The notes under the pieces: generated by a model
Seen by the model: only the letters and a program-made list of their open reading frames with translations
What the model was told of the DNA's origin: nothing
Databases searched by the model: none
Source of the DNA: Octopus sinensis
Lineage: Eukaryota
NCBI RefSeq assembly: GCF_006345805.1
Contig: NC_042997.1
Location: 199,578,001-199,642,000 of the forward strand
Reading direction: 5' to 3'
Length of the DNA: 64,000 bases
Part shown: in pieces, positions 23,300 to 35,940 of the stretch
Layout: every line of letters starts with the position of its first letter
How positions within the stretch are numbered: the stretch's first letter is position 1
Program-made: the position numbers and the translations under genes

Positions 23300-23463
23300 T
23301 ACTCAATACACTATGTAGGGTGGTTGGTGTTAAGAAGGGCATCCAGCAACAGAAACAAAGCCAAAACAGGCTATGGAACCTGGCCCAGTCCTTTGCCTTG
23401 CCAGTTCCTGTTATGCTGTCCAACCCACACCAGAATGGAAAACATGTTAAATGTTGATGATGA
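23290..23463 (+). mobile_element. RTE-clade LINE 3'-UTR terminus (family C)
   Basis: GGTTGGTGTTAAGAAGGGCATCCAGC...CCAACCCACACCAGAATGGAAAACATGTTAAATGT followed by (TGA)n. Confidence 0.75.
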
Positions 23464-23619
23464 TACAAATGATTGATCAAAACTAAAAGTAGAGGACCCG
23501 GACATTTTGAAGTTGATTTTCTTTCATTCATTTGCAGGAAAAATTTCAATGAAGTTTGGAAACACATACATTACTAGCAATGGCAAAATGTAGTGTTTTT
23601 GTTGACTACCTTTTATTTC

Positions 23620-23845
23620 TTTCCTGCCCACAAGGGGCTATGCACAGAGTAGACAAACAAGGACAGACAAACAGATTAAGCCAATTATATCAACCCCAGT
23701 GCGTAACCAGTACTTATTTAATCGACCCTGAAAGGATGAAAGGCAAAGTCAACCATGGCAGAATTTGAACTCAGAACATAGCAGCAGACGAAATACTGCT
23801 CAGCATTTCGCCCGGCGTGCTTAACGTTTCTACCAGCTCACCACC
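23620..23845 (-). mobile_element. SINE family B
   Basis: Reverse complement reads GAGCTGGTAGAAACGTTAAGCACGCCGGGCGAAATGCT...GAGTTCAAATTC...GCCTTTCATCCTTTCAGGGTCGATTAAATAAGTAC. Confidence 0.75.
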
Positions 23846-24279
23846 TTTGACTATATCTCTTGTCATGTCAAGTGTGAAAATGGTTATTAAGCAGAGTTTT
23901 TCTTTTCTTTTTTTTTTCTTTTAATCGTACATCAGTATTTCTGCAGGTATTCTTAATTTGAGGAAAATATCTCTCAGCACTTTTGTAGAAACATTATGTG
24001 CTTCTGAAACAATCAGGAAAAGTGGTACGTTTTTAATATTACAAATGACCCAACTGTTTTTCTGCCTCGAACAGTAATTATTTTCACACAAATGAGTTTG
24101 ATAGAAAACTTTGCAGACTGGATTTCTGCAGTCTTTTTATATAAAGGGAAGCAACCCTTGTTGTGTTAGTATTTCATCTTAAATAACTTCATCTGCCAAT
24201 AATAACCTCTTCTTGTGTTTAACTTGATATACATCTACCCTTGTCTATCACTGATTCATTCACTGTCCAGGATAACATG

Positions 24280-24750
24280 GGCTGGCAATGATAAAGTTTG
24301 CTTTACAACCACATGGTTCCAGGTTCAGCCTCACTGTGTAACATCTTAGCCAAGAGTTTTCTACTATAGCCCCAGGCCAGCCAAAGCCTTCAGAGTGGAT
24401 TTGATAGATGGAAACTGAAAGAAGCCTGTCATTCATATTTGTGTGTTTGTGCATCTTCATGTTTGTCCCATATCACTGCTTGATAACCAGTGTTGGTTTG
24501 TTTACGTACCCATACCTTTGCAATTTAGCAAACAGAAACCAATAGTATAAGTAGCAGGCTTAGAAAATAATAAGTACTGGGATCAATTTGTTCGACTAAA
24601 CCCTTCAAGGTGGTGCCCCAGCATGGCCACAGTCCAATGAGTGAAACAAATAAAAGACATACTGGGGTTGATCTGTTCAACTAAAACCCTTCAAGGTGGT
24701 GCCCCAGCATGGCCACAGTCCATTGACTGAAACAAGTAAAAGATAAAGGA
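24280..24750 (+). mobile_element. SINE family A with tandemly duplicated 3' tail
   Basis: Family-A body; the tail TACTGGG...TGAAACAARTAAAAGA occurs twice (~24575 and ~24660). Confidence 0.7.
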
Positions 24751-25742
24751 TATGTCATTAAATTTTACTTTATTATTCCAACGATGAACCAATATTGTGT
24801 TTAAAATCTGTTTGGAAATATTACTTGGGTAAGGTAGTGGGGCAATGTAGAGTCTTGGAACAAACTCCATCTTTCCCGTGCACCGCATTCATTTATCACA
24901 AATGCATTTAACTTTCACTATTTAACATGGTGTATGGTGTATTAAAGTACACAATTTAACAATGTATTTTTGAAAACAAACCCCCTCAGTCGACTAGGAT
25001 AGCTGTATTAGACTGAATATCTTCTTCCATAGAAACTCTCTTCATTACAGAAATTCAGATGACTGAAAGCCTTTTCTTTTGTGGTAACAGCCAAAACTGT
25101 GACTAATATCAAAGGAGCTTATTATACGAATACCTGTTTAGGGGAACGGGAAAAATTAAGCTATGATGTCCAGACCTTTTCAAAAGCCACTGATAAGAAT
25201 GATTTTTCATTTTTACTTCAAGATATATCACAATAGTAGTCACCAAGCTGAAGACATTAAACCAGATGTTAGAAGTAAATTTGATTTATTAATCACTTTA
25301 TTGATTATTATTTGCATATTTAGTGATGACAGTATTATAGGATGTTAATGAAATAAGTGCTGCGAATAAAACAGAATTAGATTCAATATTGGCTAATAAT
25401 CAATGATAATATTGCACCCATGGTATGAGCTGTCAAGAAACCATTGCCTTGGGTGGCAGGAACAGGTTATAATAAACAGCAAATTATAAATGATAAATAT
25501 GTTAGAAACATGACAGTCAATGATTTTGACTAGACAGGACTTGTAATGTCTGGAGAAAGTGGATTTTAGAACTTTGAACAATGAAACTTAGAAGACATAC
25601 TGAGTGCAGGGAAGGGCAAAAGAATTTGATTATTGTCAAATAGTGGGTACCTTCTTCGAGTGGTTTTCTATAAACATCCTATAATGCAAATTCAATATAT
25701 CATTTTAATTAAACAGAAGCTAATTGATTATTACTTGCTATA

Positions 25743-25963
25743 TACAAAGGGGTGCTAAAAAGTTCCTGGCTTTGAGGGTATCGTGAACGGCCTAGTAGGA
25801 GAATAAACGTTCTGAGTTCTTAAACAGGGCTTAGAAAAACTAAAGGGCCACTGCAATATACATGTGAATCTGAGAGGGGAATATGTTAAATAAAATTGTA
25901 ATTAAGTGATCCTCCTGTATTTTCTTTTACCCAAAGCCAGGAACTTTTCAGCACGCCCTCGTA
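25743..25963 (+). mobile_element. mariner-derived MITE (~220 bp)
   Basis: ~30-bp TIRs (TACAAAGGGGTGCTAAAAAGTTCCTGGCTTTG / CAAAGCCAGGAACTTTTCAGCACGCCCTCGTA) with TA flanks. The interior retains a mariner C-terminus (LEKLKGHC..HVNLRGEYVK*). Confidence 0.85.
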
Positions 25964-26561
25964 TTTGTATAATTTCATCTAGTATGTGCTCATTATTAAA
26001 TATTTGTGTTAATAGCAGCTGATTCTTCCTCAAATCACACTGTACTGTTTTAAATAAAGGATACAATGTAGTCTCCAATAGACAATGGATGAGAGAAAAA
26101 AACAGGATGGTCATAGCTGGAATGTCCTTAATCCCAGACCTGACCTGGAGCTAATCAACAATACTATAAAACTAGTTTGTTGGTAAGTGGGCAGATAGAC
26201 AGAAGGAAAACTGAAGTATTAGTGGCAGGTTCTCTTTTGTCTAGGATTGGATTTGACAGTGTGTTTCCACTGGAATACTCTCTTCTTTTCTTTCAGTTAT
26301 GTTTGGAAATAATAAATTTAGTAAAATACCTTTGCTGTTACCAAGATGGTGTTTGGAACATAAATTTATTTTGGTGGAAGGCTTTAATCTACAACAGTGG
26401 TACTCAACAATTATTTGCTTGGGGAGCCCTTTGATTCCTATCTTACATGGATAGAACCTCAGAGCTACTTAATATTTGAAAACACAAAATGTATTGTATT
26501 TTTGTAATTATAAAAAAATTGTTAAAATATGTTGTGTATTGCACAAGTATGATAAATTTAT

Positions 26562-26713
26562 TGCAGGAGTGGTTAGGCACAGGCTGTAGGATAAGAAGCT
26601 TAACCATGGTTCTGGGTTCAGTCCCACTGCATGGCACCCTGGGCAAGTGTCTTCTACTATAGTCTCAGGTTAGCCAAAACCTTGTGAGTGGATTTAATTG
26701 ATGGAAACTGAAA

Positions 26714-26752
<39 letters not shown>

Positions 26753-26940
26753 CATGCATATATGTATTTATTTGTGTGTCTGTGCTTGTCCCCACACCAT
26801 CGCTTGACAACTGATGTTGGTGTGTTTACGTCCAAGTAACTTAGTGGTTCTGCAAAAGAGACTAATAGAATAAGTACTGGAATTACAAAGAATAAGTCCT
26901 GTATGGCCACAGTCAAATGACTGAAACAAACGAAAGAATA
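26562..26940 (+). mobile_element. SINE family A (inserted in a probable hAT-like MITE ~26394-27000)
   Basis: GGTTCAGTCCCACTGCATGGCACCCTGGGCAAGTG, (TG)n and the family tail. Flanks contain CAGTGGTACTCAAC and GCGGACCCCC. Confidence 0.75.
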
Positions 26941-27817
26941 AATTTTAACAACAAATCCGTTTGCGGACCCCCAAGGGTCAAGAGTTACTGATCGAGAACA
27001 ATTTGAAACACCAAGTGTGCATCAAGGAGCAGTCTCAAGCAATTTGATATCTGAAGGATTAAATAATTAAGAAGATAATCCTTGGCAAACATGTAGAGAT
27101 AAGGTGAAAATCAACAAAAACTTTGAAATAGAGTTTACAAGACATTTTAATTTGATAAACAGATTGTTTCTGACTGTAATGTAAATTATCTGAGATGAGC
27201 CAAAAATATTCCTATTTTCCTTGCACCATAGGGTCAATAAACGCATCCTCTCCCTGGTCAATTCTTTGATAAGTGCTGCTTTTCTTTAAAAACCCCTAAC
27301 TTGTAAACAAGATGCAGATAAATTGGCTACAGGGACTCAGAATGGAAACAGCCAGAACAAATACTACAAGGTATTTTGTCCATCACACTAACACAGAAGA
27401 ATAAAAACTTAAGTTGACTTTGGTGGGATTTGAACTCAGACTACAAGAAGTCAGAACAAATACTACAAAGCTTTATATCAGTCCATGTCCTCTAACAATT
27501 CTGTCAACTCCCCATTTCCCCCAAATATTAAATATTCATTAAAGCAAGTCTAAGCAATGTCTCTCAGTTCAGAATTATTGGAAATTTTATGTATTCTCTC
27601 CATTTATTATTTATATTGAGTTTCTTTTCCTAATTACACACAAGATGTATTAAGTTTGAAATCATGAAAATCAAATGTTCCATTATTTGAATTTGAATAT
27701 TATTAATGTTGAATTACTGATCACATAAGCCAAACTGTCAAAATTTATTATCAGTTATGCCTCATTTCAGAAATTTACAGTTTCAAAAATATAATAACAA
27801 TAATGATAATAATGACA

Positions 27818-28245
27818 TTCCCTTCTACTATAGGCACAAGGCCTGAAATTTGGGGAAGGGGACTAGTCGATAACATCGACCCCAGTGTTTCAATGGTACT
27901 TAATTTACCGACTTTGAAAGGCAAAGTCAACCTCGGCAGAATTTGAACACAGAACGTGAAGATGGACAAAATGCCACTAAGTATTTCGCCTGGCATGCTA
28001 ATGATTCTGCCAGCTTGCTGCCATAATAATAATAATAATAATAAGGGTTTCAAATTTAGATAGGAGGCCAGTAATTTCAAGGAATGGAGTAAATTGATTA
28101 CTTCAACACCAATACTCAACTGGTACTTATTTTATTGACTCTCAAAGGTAAAGTCAACCTCGGCAGAATTTGAACTCAGAACATACAGATGGATGAAATA
28201 CCACTAGACATTTTGCCATGAGTGCTAACAATTCTGAAAACTGCC
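27818..28245 (-). mobile_element. Two tandem SINE family B copies separated by (AAT)n
   Basis: AAAGTCAACCTCGGCAGAATTTGAAC occurs at ~27923 and ~28150. Confidence 0.75.
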
Positions 28246-28511
28246 CATCATTAATTTTTATTTGTTCTACCTTACCCTTGGAAAGGTGTCAGTTCACAAG
28301 TTGTGATATAAATAGATTTTGAAACTCGTTGTTCGATTGAGTTAACTTTTTCTGAATCACAAGAATGCATGGCCACTGCCTGTCATTGCTTTCTAAAGTG
28401 ACAATCATATTACTTGAGAGTGTTTGACTGTGTGTATGTGCGTACAGACATACACCCTTAAATATTTTTGTTACCAAAAATTCTAAAATCTTACAACTCA
28501 GTATATACATA

Positions 28512-28875
28512 CAGGTGCAGGAGTGGCTGTGTGGTAAGTAGCTTGCTTACCAACCACATGGTTCTGGGTTCAGTCCCACTGTGTGGCACTTCTTCTATAG
28601 CCTCAGGCTGACTAAAGCCTTGTGAGTGGATGTAGTAGACGGAAACTGTAAAGAAACCCGTCCTGTGTGTGTGTATGTATATATATCCCTCACCATCACT
28701 TGACAACTGATGCTGGTGTGTTTTCATCCCCACAACTTAGAGGTTCGGCAAGAGACCGATAGAATAAGTAGTAGGCTTACAAAGAATAAGCCCTGGGATC
28801 GATTTATTCGACTATAAGCAGTGCTCCAGCATGGCTGCAGTCAAATGACTGACACAAATAAAAGAGTAAAAGAAT
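28512..28875 (+). mobile_element. SINE family A
   Basis: GGTGCAGGAGTGGCTGTGTGGTAAGTAGCTTGC...GGTTCAGTCCC head, plus body and tail. Confidence 0.85.
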
Positions 28876-29784
28876 ATATAGAAAATAAAACAATTCTTTT
28901 ACTAAAGAACATTCAATAAAGCATATTTTTGGCTACTGATTTCCTACTTTTATAGCTACATGTTTCATTCACATGTGGCATCACACAGTGTATGCCTGCT
29001 CTAATAAGCAGATATATAAATATTTTATAGTACCAAATATTTTATGACTAACATGTCAATGTCAATTAGAGAAAATCTTTGACTAACTCGTTATTAGTGA
29101 AACATGAATTTATGCAATATGTTTTGCTATCTGAATATTTGGATGATATTACAGAAACTGGGGAAACTAATTTTATGGGTAACTAGCATACTAATTAGGT
29201 TTTATGTACTTATAGAGATAACGATCCACATTTTTTGTACTATTATTTTATTACTAGTAGTAGTATTATTATTAAGAAATAAATAATTAAACATTTTTCA
29301 ATGCAATAAAGAGTTGATTGCATATAAAAGAAGATTCCATCACAATTGTTGCTCATAAAATATTTGATGCCATGCAAGTATTTGGTATTTAATTGCAGAG
29401 ATAGCAAATCAAACTACCAAATCATTTTAATGAGGAGTACAATTTACAAACAGAATTTTTTCTCTCATCTAAGTGGCCTCACTCGTATTTTGCATATGAT
29501 GATCATGCTTTTACATTTGTTTGTCTTGTCATGGCTTGGACAGCCATCATCACAAATTAAATCACCTCTTATTCAGTGTTATTGCTGTAGTAGACAGATC
29601 ATGTCTTCCACATCAAATTAAACCAGTAAATCTCATTGAACTTACTTATAATTATTCAATTATCTGACGACATCTGCACATCTACAGTTGATTCCTTTAA
29701 TCCTGACAACTGATAACTTGTTGATAATATCTTAGTTTATTTATGATATACTACTAAGTGTCACCGAGAATGAAAATAATTATT

Positions 29785-30200
29785 TCAAATTTTTGTCACA
29801 AGGGCAGCCTGTGGGAGGTGGGGATGAGTCGATTACATCAACCCCAGCGTTCAACTGGTATTTATTTTATTGACCCTGAAAGGATGAAAGGCAAAGTCGA
29901 CCTCAGTGGAATTTGAACTCAGAATGTAATGATGGGGGGGGGGGGACCACTAAGCATTTCGTCCAGCATGCTACTGATTTTGCCAGCTTGCCGCTAAACC
30001 GAGAATGAAAATAATCCTTTCTATTATAGGCACAAGGCTTGAAGTTTTGTGGGAGGGGGTTAATTGATTACATTGGCCCCAGAATTTCACTGGTACTTGA
30101 TTTATCGACCCTGAAAGGTTGAAAGGCAAAGTCGAACTTGGTGGAATTTGAACTCAGAACATAACGGCAGATGAAATACCGCTAAGCATTTTGCCCAGCG
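29785..30200 (-). mobile_element. Two tandem SINE family B copies
   Basis: GACCCTGAAAGGWTGAAAGGCAAAGTCGA occurs at ~29872 and ~30107. Confidence 0.75.
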
Positions 30201-32043
30201 GATTAACTGGGAATGAAAATAATACAGGAAAACTGGTCAGAAAATTATTTTAATTTTAGAAACAGGAGTTATTTTAGAAATCGTAGTTTTATTTTAAAAA
30301 GTAGGGTTACATTTCCAACCACATCCAACAGTGTGTTCCACTGGTTACCCACATCTGAAGCCACAACACGATTTTCTCTGACTTTCTCACTCTCAAAAGA
30401 AGACAAGGCTCTGAAATGCTAGATTCTTCGTTTCTTATGCAACTGAAAACTTGGCAAATGCTGATTATTTAATCACTAACGGACACACTGGAGCATTTAT
30501 CCTTTCGATCTCTTTTCTTTCGCTACCAAAATAGTCTTTGTTCCACAAAGACTAACTGGTATCATATCCTTTACCACTCAAGCATCCTCAACCTACCCAT
30601 CTTTTACTTCTTGCCACCCTTATTGTGTCTAACCCCTCTGACCCCATCCCTCCAATAGTTTAAACGAAACATTACGCTCGCCAGTCTCAAGCAGCAGCAT
30701 GCAAAGGTTAAGGGCACTTCCACATTTACCAAGTGTAAAAAAAAATGAAGGAAAACAAAACCTGAATTTCAAATTTTGCGAACCCTTATCTTATTTGATG
30801 CACAATTGTTATGTATTGAACTTGATTCAAAGATATTTTATTCTTTTATAAAAGCAAATAAATAGTTAAACAAAAGAATTAATTATATATCACAGTAACG
30901 AGACACAATATGACTTAAATTTTATGGTAAGAGAAAATACAATCCGTAATAAATTACGATATTCTCAAGAAAGACAACTCTGAGTAAAATTCAAACAGTT
31001 GTCTCCCTTTGGAAAACGGATATTTAATGCTAAACTGTTTGTTACAGCGAGCGATAAATTTTACATTTTCTTGAACTTAATCTCTCATAGAATTTCAAAG
31101 AATTCTTATAACACTGTCACATTTACATTCTAATAGTCTCTAACGAAAAGGTATGCTGTAATGACTATGAATTCAAATACAATACACTATATTTATTTCC
31201 CATCACCCAACTTGCTTAGATCAAATCACATAGTTTATTGTAGTTACCCTCAATAGAAACATGGGTAGTCAAAGTTTTCTGAGACACAGAAGTCATTCTC
31301 AGCCTGACCTAATTATTTCTATCAGAAATGGACTCTACTAAAGGTATTCATGGAGACTCTAGCAGTCTAGAATAGGAATAATCTCTCCATATCCATTATT
31401 TGAATTTCACTCTCAAGACATATTTGTTAGCACTTTAGTAACTAATGAATTTTTTTATAAATTTGATATGATCTTATCAAGAAATTAAATATTTAAAAAA
31501 TAAAAATAATCTTTTTTTTAAATTAAAAAAAAAAAGTAATATTTTAACCCTTTCTGCCAAGAGATCAAGTATGCTCAGTTCCATGCATGTCCACTTGAGA
31601 TACAGGAACCAAGCTACCTTGATTTTGATAGTGGAGTACTTTCAAGAATTTTCCACACTTCACATGGTATAGTGTGCTGCATTTTATTTTTACTGTTTAA
31701 AAGGAAAGGATTACAGGAACAGACTTGAATATAATTAGCATGTTAAATCACCAATAAAAGTTTTCATATACATATACACAAACATATACACACACATAAC
31801 GGGCTTCTTTCAGTTTCCATCTACTAAATCCACACACAAGGCGTTGGTCGGCCTGAGACTATAGTAGAATACACTTGCCCAAGGTGCCACGCAATGGGAG
31901 TGAAACCAGATCCATGTGCAATGAGGGCTAACCTTCCATGAATTATTCAAATTAATAGCACAGTTGTTATTGTAGTGTTTTTCTAGGATTCAGAATTCTA
32001 GCCATAGAAACCAAACCAAAACGACTGGAGGCTGATGCAGCTC

Positions 32044-32212
32044 TAATAATAATAATAATAATGAAATTATTGTGTACAGTGCTCAGGTGCACTAGGACTA
32101 ATCAAAAGGTGCATGTACAATACACAGAATTATGTACAAATGTTAGGAAAGTGGAACAGTTTATGAGTCATGCGTGTGGAGTGGGGGATATCCGATGTAG
32201 TGTTGGTGAATT
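32044..32212 (-). mobile_element. CR1-type LINE 3'-end fragment
   Basis: (AAT)n GAAATTATTGTGTACAGTGCTCAGGTGCACTA is the reverse complement of the LINE terminus. Confidence 0.8.
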
Positions 32213-32559
32213 TCTCTCTGAATGGTAAACTCCTGTCAAGCCATCCAATCCATACCAGCATGGAAAATGGATATCAAATGATGATGATGATGATGATGAT
32301 ATCTTCATGACTTCAATTTTATACTCAGGGCAAAATGTTTTAAAATTTACCTGTCCTATTACTGGCATTGATTTTCTTATTCATCTCTGTACTTGTCTTT
32401 GTAATTGGCAAGAACAAAAAAAAAAAAACTACTCTTTTTCTTTGGGTAGTATAGCTGAATTATACCCTAAGGAATTATATGTAAAAATAGAAAGATATAA
32501 AGAATTTGGTGGGGTATTCATTAGTGAAAATGTCATTTCAGTTTTCTTTTATTACCTCC

Positions 32560-32885
32560 ACATGGCTCAGTTGTTAGGGCATTGAGCTTTATGATCGTGA
32601 GGTTCTGAGTTCGAATCCCAGACCGGGCTGCATGTTGTGTTCTTGAGCAAGACACTTTATTTCACATTGCTCCAATTCACTCAGCTGTAGAAATGAGTTG
32701 CGACATCACAGGCACCAAGCTGTATCTGCCTTTGCCTTTCCCTTGGATAATATCAGTGATGTGGAGAGGGGAGGCTGGTATGCATGGGCGACTGCTGGTC
32801 TTCCATAAAACAACCTTGCCCAGACTTGTGCCTGAGAGGGTAACTTTCTAGGTGCAATCCCAAAGTCATTCATGACCGAAAGGAA
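32560..32885 (+). mobile_element. tRNA-derived SINE (third family)
   Basis: A box TGGCTCAGTTG and B box GAGTTCGAATCCC, followed by TGTGTTCTTGAGCAAGACACTT...CACTCAGCTG (conserved SINE-body type motif). Confidence 0.75.
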
Positions 32886-32894
32886 TCTCAGCAA

Positions 32895-33240
32895 TATTTC
32901 CACCTTAACGAAGGTGGAGGTATTGCTTTCAGTCATGTTTGTTTGTTTGTCTGTGGACAAGATATCTCAAGAACCACTCAATGGATTCAGATGTTTGTGA
33001 TCGGCACAAACTGATTAGATTTTGGGATTGATCAGGTACCGGACAAGGAATCTGGATTATTTTCCCCTTTTTCTCTTTTACTTAATTTTTGAGAGTAGTC
33101 AGGTTCATTTTTAGTATTCTTGTTTATGAGAGCAGCCAAGTTTATTTCAGATATTCTCATTTTAAACATCATCTCTGACTAATCGTTGAGAAGATGTTGG
33201 TGCTGCCTTGATGAAGGTTTGTGCTCTCTGAGTGCTCGTT
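32895..33240 (+). mobile_element. Helentron/DINE-1-like non-autonomous element
   Basis: 5' TCCACCTT..AAGGTGGAGGT palindrome, (TTTG)n microsatellite, and a 3' subterminal copy GCCTTGATGAAGGT followed by the hairpin GTGCTCTCTGAGTGC. Confidence 0.6.
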
Positions 33241-34104
33241 ATTATTATTGTTATTATTTTTTTAGATCATATTAGTAAAAGCTGTGACTATATTGAAAAG
33301 ACATTAAAATTATGAGCACAGAAACAATTTGAGCTGAGCCAACTAGTTTTTTTTTTCATTCATAAAAATAAACTTTTACCTTTAAATTAACGATCATTTC
33401 ATATTGTAAAGGCAAAAAGACGATGTTACAGACCTCTTCAGACTCTGAGAAATACACATAAAAGTTTGCTTAATGAAGAGTGGATTGTAGACATTATTTA
33501 ATTCTCTTAATTTTCATTTATGTTTCAAAGTCTTTAATTTCAGAAATAAAAGCATTATAACTTTTTGATTACATATCCTATTACAACGCAAACATCACCA
33601 ATGTAATTTTCCAGTAGATGTTTTTCACTGCTTCAGTGGTCCACTTCATCTATAATTATACAAAATCAGTTTTTCTCTCTGTATTTAACAAAAGACTTTC
33701 TAAACTACAGGCTAGTAAATTTATGGCATTTAAATCACTGAATACTTATTACCACCATCATATCCTGCTTCACAGACTTCACAGCCAGAGACATTATTGT
33801 AGTTTAATTATTGGTTACCAAACATGAAAGATCGTCATTTTATTCTCATGACATCTTAAGTCATAAAAATGAAATTATAAGAATTATTAGAATATTGTAA
33901 TGCCATCTATGTCTGCTAATTATTGGATGGTATTAAAGTGTGCACATCACCCAAAACACAGTGTAGTTAGAAACAGTGAATCTTGAAATAATCTTATGAA
34001 TATTAATGAGGATTATGAACTAGAAATGGAATTTTTTAAAATTCTCTTCTCATAAATTTTATAAACACAAGTAAATAAACAAGGAAAATATAATAATAAT
34101 AATG

Positions 34105-35180
34105 ATGGACTCTCCTGGCTTCTGACCTAAACTGATTGGAAGCATTAACATGTACATGTTTTGTCTTGGTGTAAAAGATGAGCTACAATAAATATTCAGC
34201 TCAATACCACAGATTAGCTTGTCAGTTGCTTGACCGTAACCAGTTGAGCATGTCCCTTAGTAGCTGATGATGTGTATGTCTCTGATCACAAGCAGGTGTA
34301 GTTGGGGAGCATCATAGCCATATGCCTAGAGAAATTTTTTGGGGTTTGGATAATTCGCCTCTGGAAACATGGGTATTTTCATCATCTTTAAACAAATCTT
34401 ATTCAGGGACCTTTGGGGCAGAATGGGCTACTCAATCTAAAGAAAATTCTAACTGGGCTTTACCTCCAAGGTCATATGCTGCTTATCTTTATATGAGATC
34501 AACATGTACACATATAGTTGTGATGCATGTGCCTGGTGTACTCTTATCAGACAGGTGGTCATGATGGGTATACTGGGATTCATATCTTTGATGGCAGGCA
34601 CTGCTCTCTCACTCAATAATAATAATAATAATAATAATAATACCAGGCAGTGGCTCTCATGGCTTCTGATCTTAACTGATTGGAAGTTTTATCATGTACA
34701 TTGTTTTGTCTTGGTATAAAAGATGGGCTACAGCAAATATTCTGCTCAATACCACAGATTTGTTTGTCGGTTGTTTGACCTTAACCAGTTGACCATGTCC
34801 CTTAGTGGCTGACAATATGTGCATCTCTGATCACGAGCAGAAGTAGTGGGGGAGCATCATAGCCATCTGTTGAGAGGAATTCTTTGGGGTTTGAATAATT
34901 CACCTCTGGAAACATGGGTGGTTCTTTCAACATCCTTAAACAACCCTTATTCAGGGACCGTTTGAGCAGGATGGGCTACTCAACCTGAAGAAAATTCTAA
35001 CTAGGCCCACCTGCAAGGTCATGCACTGTTTATCTTGATATGAGATCACCATATCACGCACATATGGCTGTGATGCATGTACCTGGTGTCCCTTTATTAG
35101 ACAGTTAGCAATGATGGGTATACTGAGCTTCATATATTTTACCCTAGTGTTACTGATAGCATCCTCTGCTATCTCACTCA
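34105..35180 (+). mobile_element. Two head-to-tail copies of a ~510-540 bp (AAT)n-flanked retroposon (family D)
   Basis: Copies at 34105-34614 and 34642-35180 both end in CTCACTC(AAT)n. A third copy is inverted at 54937-55410. Confidence 0.8.
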
Positions 35181-35386
35181 ATAATAATAATAATAATAAT
35201 TATTATTATTAGTCTGTTCTTTGTTTGATTTACGGGGTGAATGTGAACGCAGACCCCACACTTAGAAATAGCGCACTCAAGTCGCCCACATTTGGGGCGA
35301 TCACAAAGGTCAACCCAACCGGAGTGCAATGGAAGGGCCTCACTCTGGGAGAACCACCTTGCTGATCATGGTTTACTCCTGTGCCA

Positions 35387-35428
<42 letters not shown>

Positions 35429-35429
35429 T

Positions 35430-35940
35430 CTTTCTATTAAAAGCACAATGCCTGAAATTTTGGGGGTGGGTCTAGTTGATTATATTGACCCCAGTGTGCA
35501 ATAGGTGCTTGTTCTATCAACCCCAAAAGGATAAAAGGCAGAGTCAACCTTGGGAGCATTTGAACTTAGAACATAAAGCTGCAAATAATGCCACTAAGCA
35601 TTTTATCTGATGTGATAACAATTTTGCCCGCTTACCACTTTAATAATAACATTTCAGATTTAGGCACAAGGCCAACAATGTTGAGGAGAAAGTTTTAATT
35701 GATACCATTGACTCCAGTACATGACTGGTATTTTATTTCAAGCCCTGAAAGGATAAAAGACAAAGTTGATCCCATTGAGATTTGAACTCAGAGTGTAAAG
35801 AGTCAGAATGGTAACAGTTTCTAATTTAAGCACAAGGCCAGAAACTTTGATGGGAGATTAGTCAATATCATTGACCCCGCCCCTTATCGCAACTGGTTTT
35901 CTGTTTTATTGCTCCTGGAGGGATGAAGCATTGAGCTGAT
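35430..35940 (-). mobile_element. Three degenerate SINE family B copies after (AAT)n
   Basis: Repeated GCACAA.GCC...GACYCC...AAAGGATAAAAG.CA motifs. Confidence 0.6.

Noticed and set aside
30300-30460. Minus-strand exon ALSSFESEKVRENRVVASDVGNQWNTLLDVVGN
   Set aside because: Weak acceptor and donor, an in-frame stop from the better upstream acceptor, and no recognisable homology.
32560-32625. Functional tRNA gene
   Set aside because: A/B boxes are present, but there is no proper acceptor stem or terminator and it continues into a SINE body. The same applies to the family-A heads.
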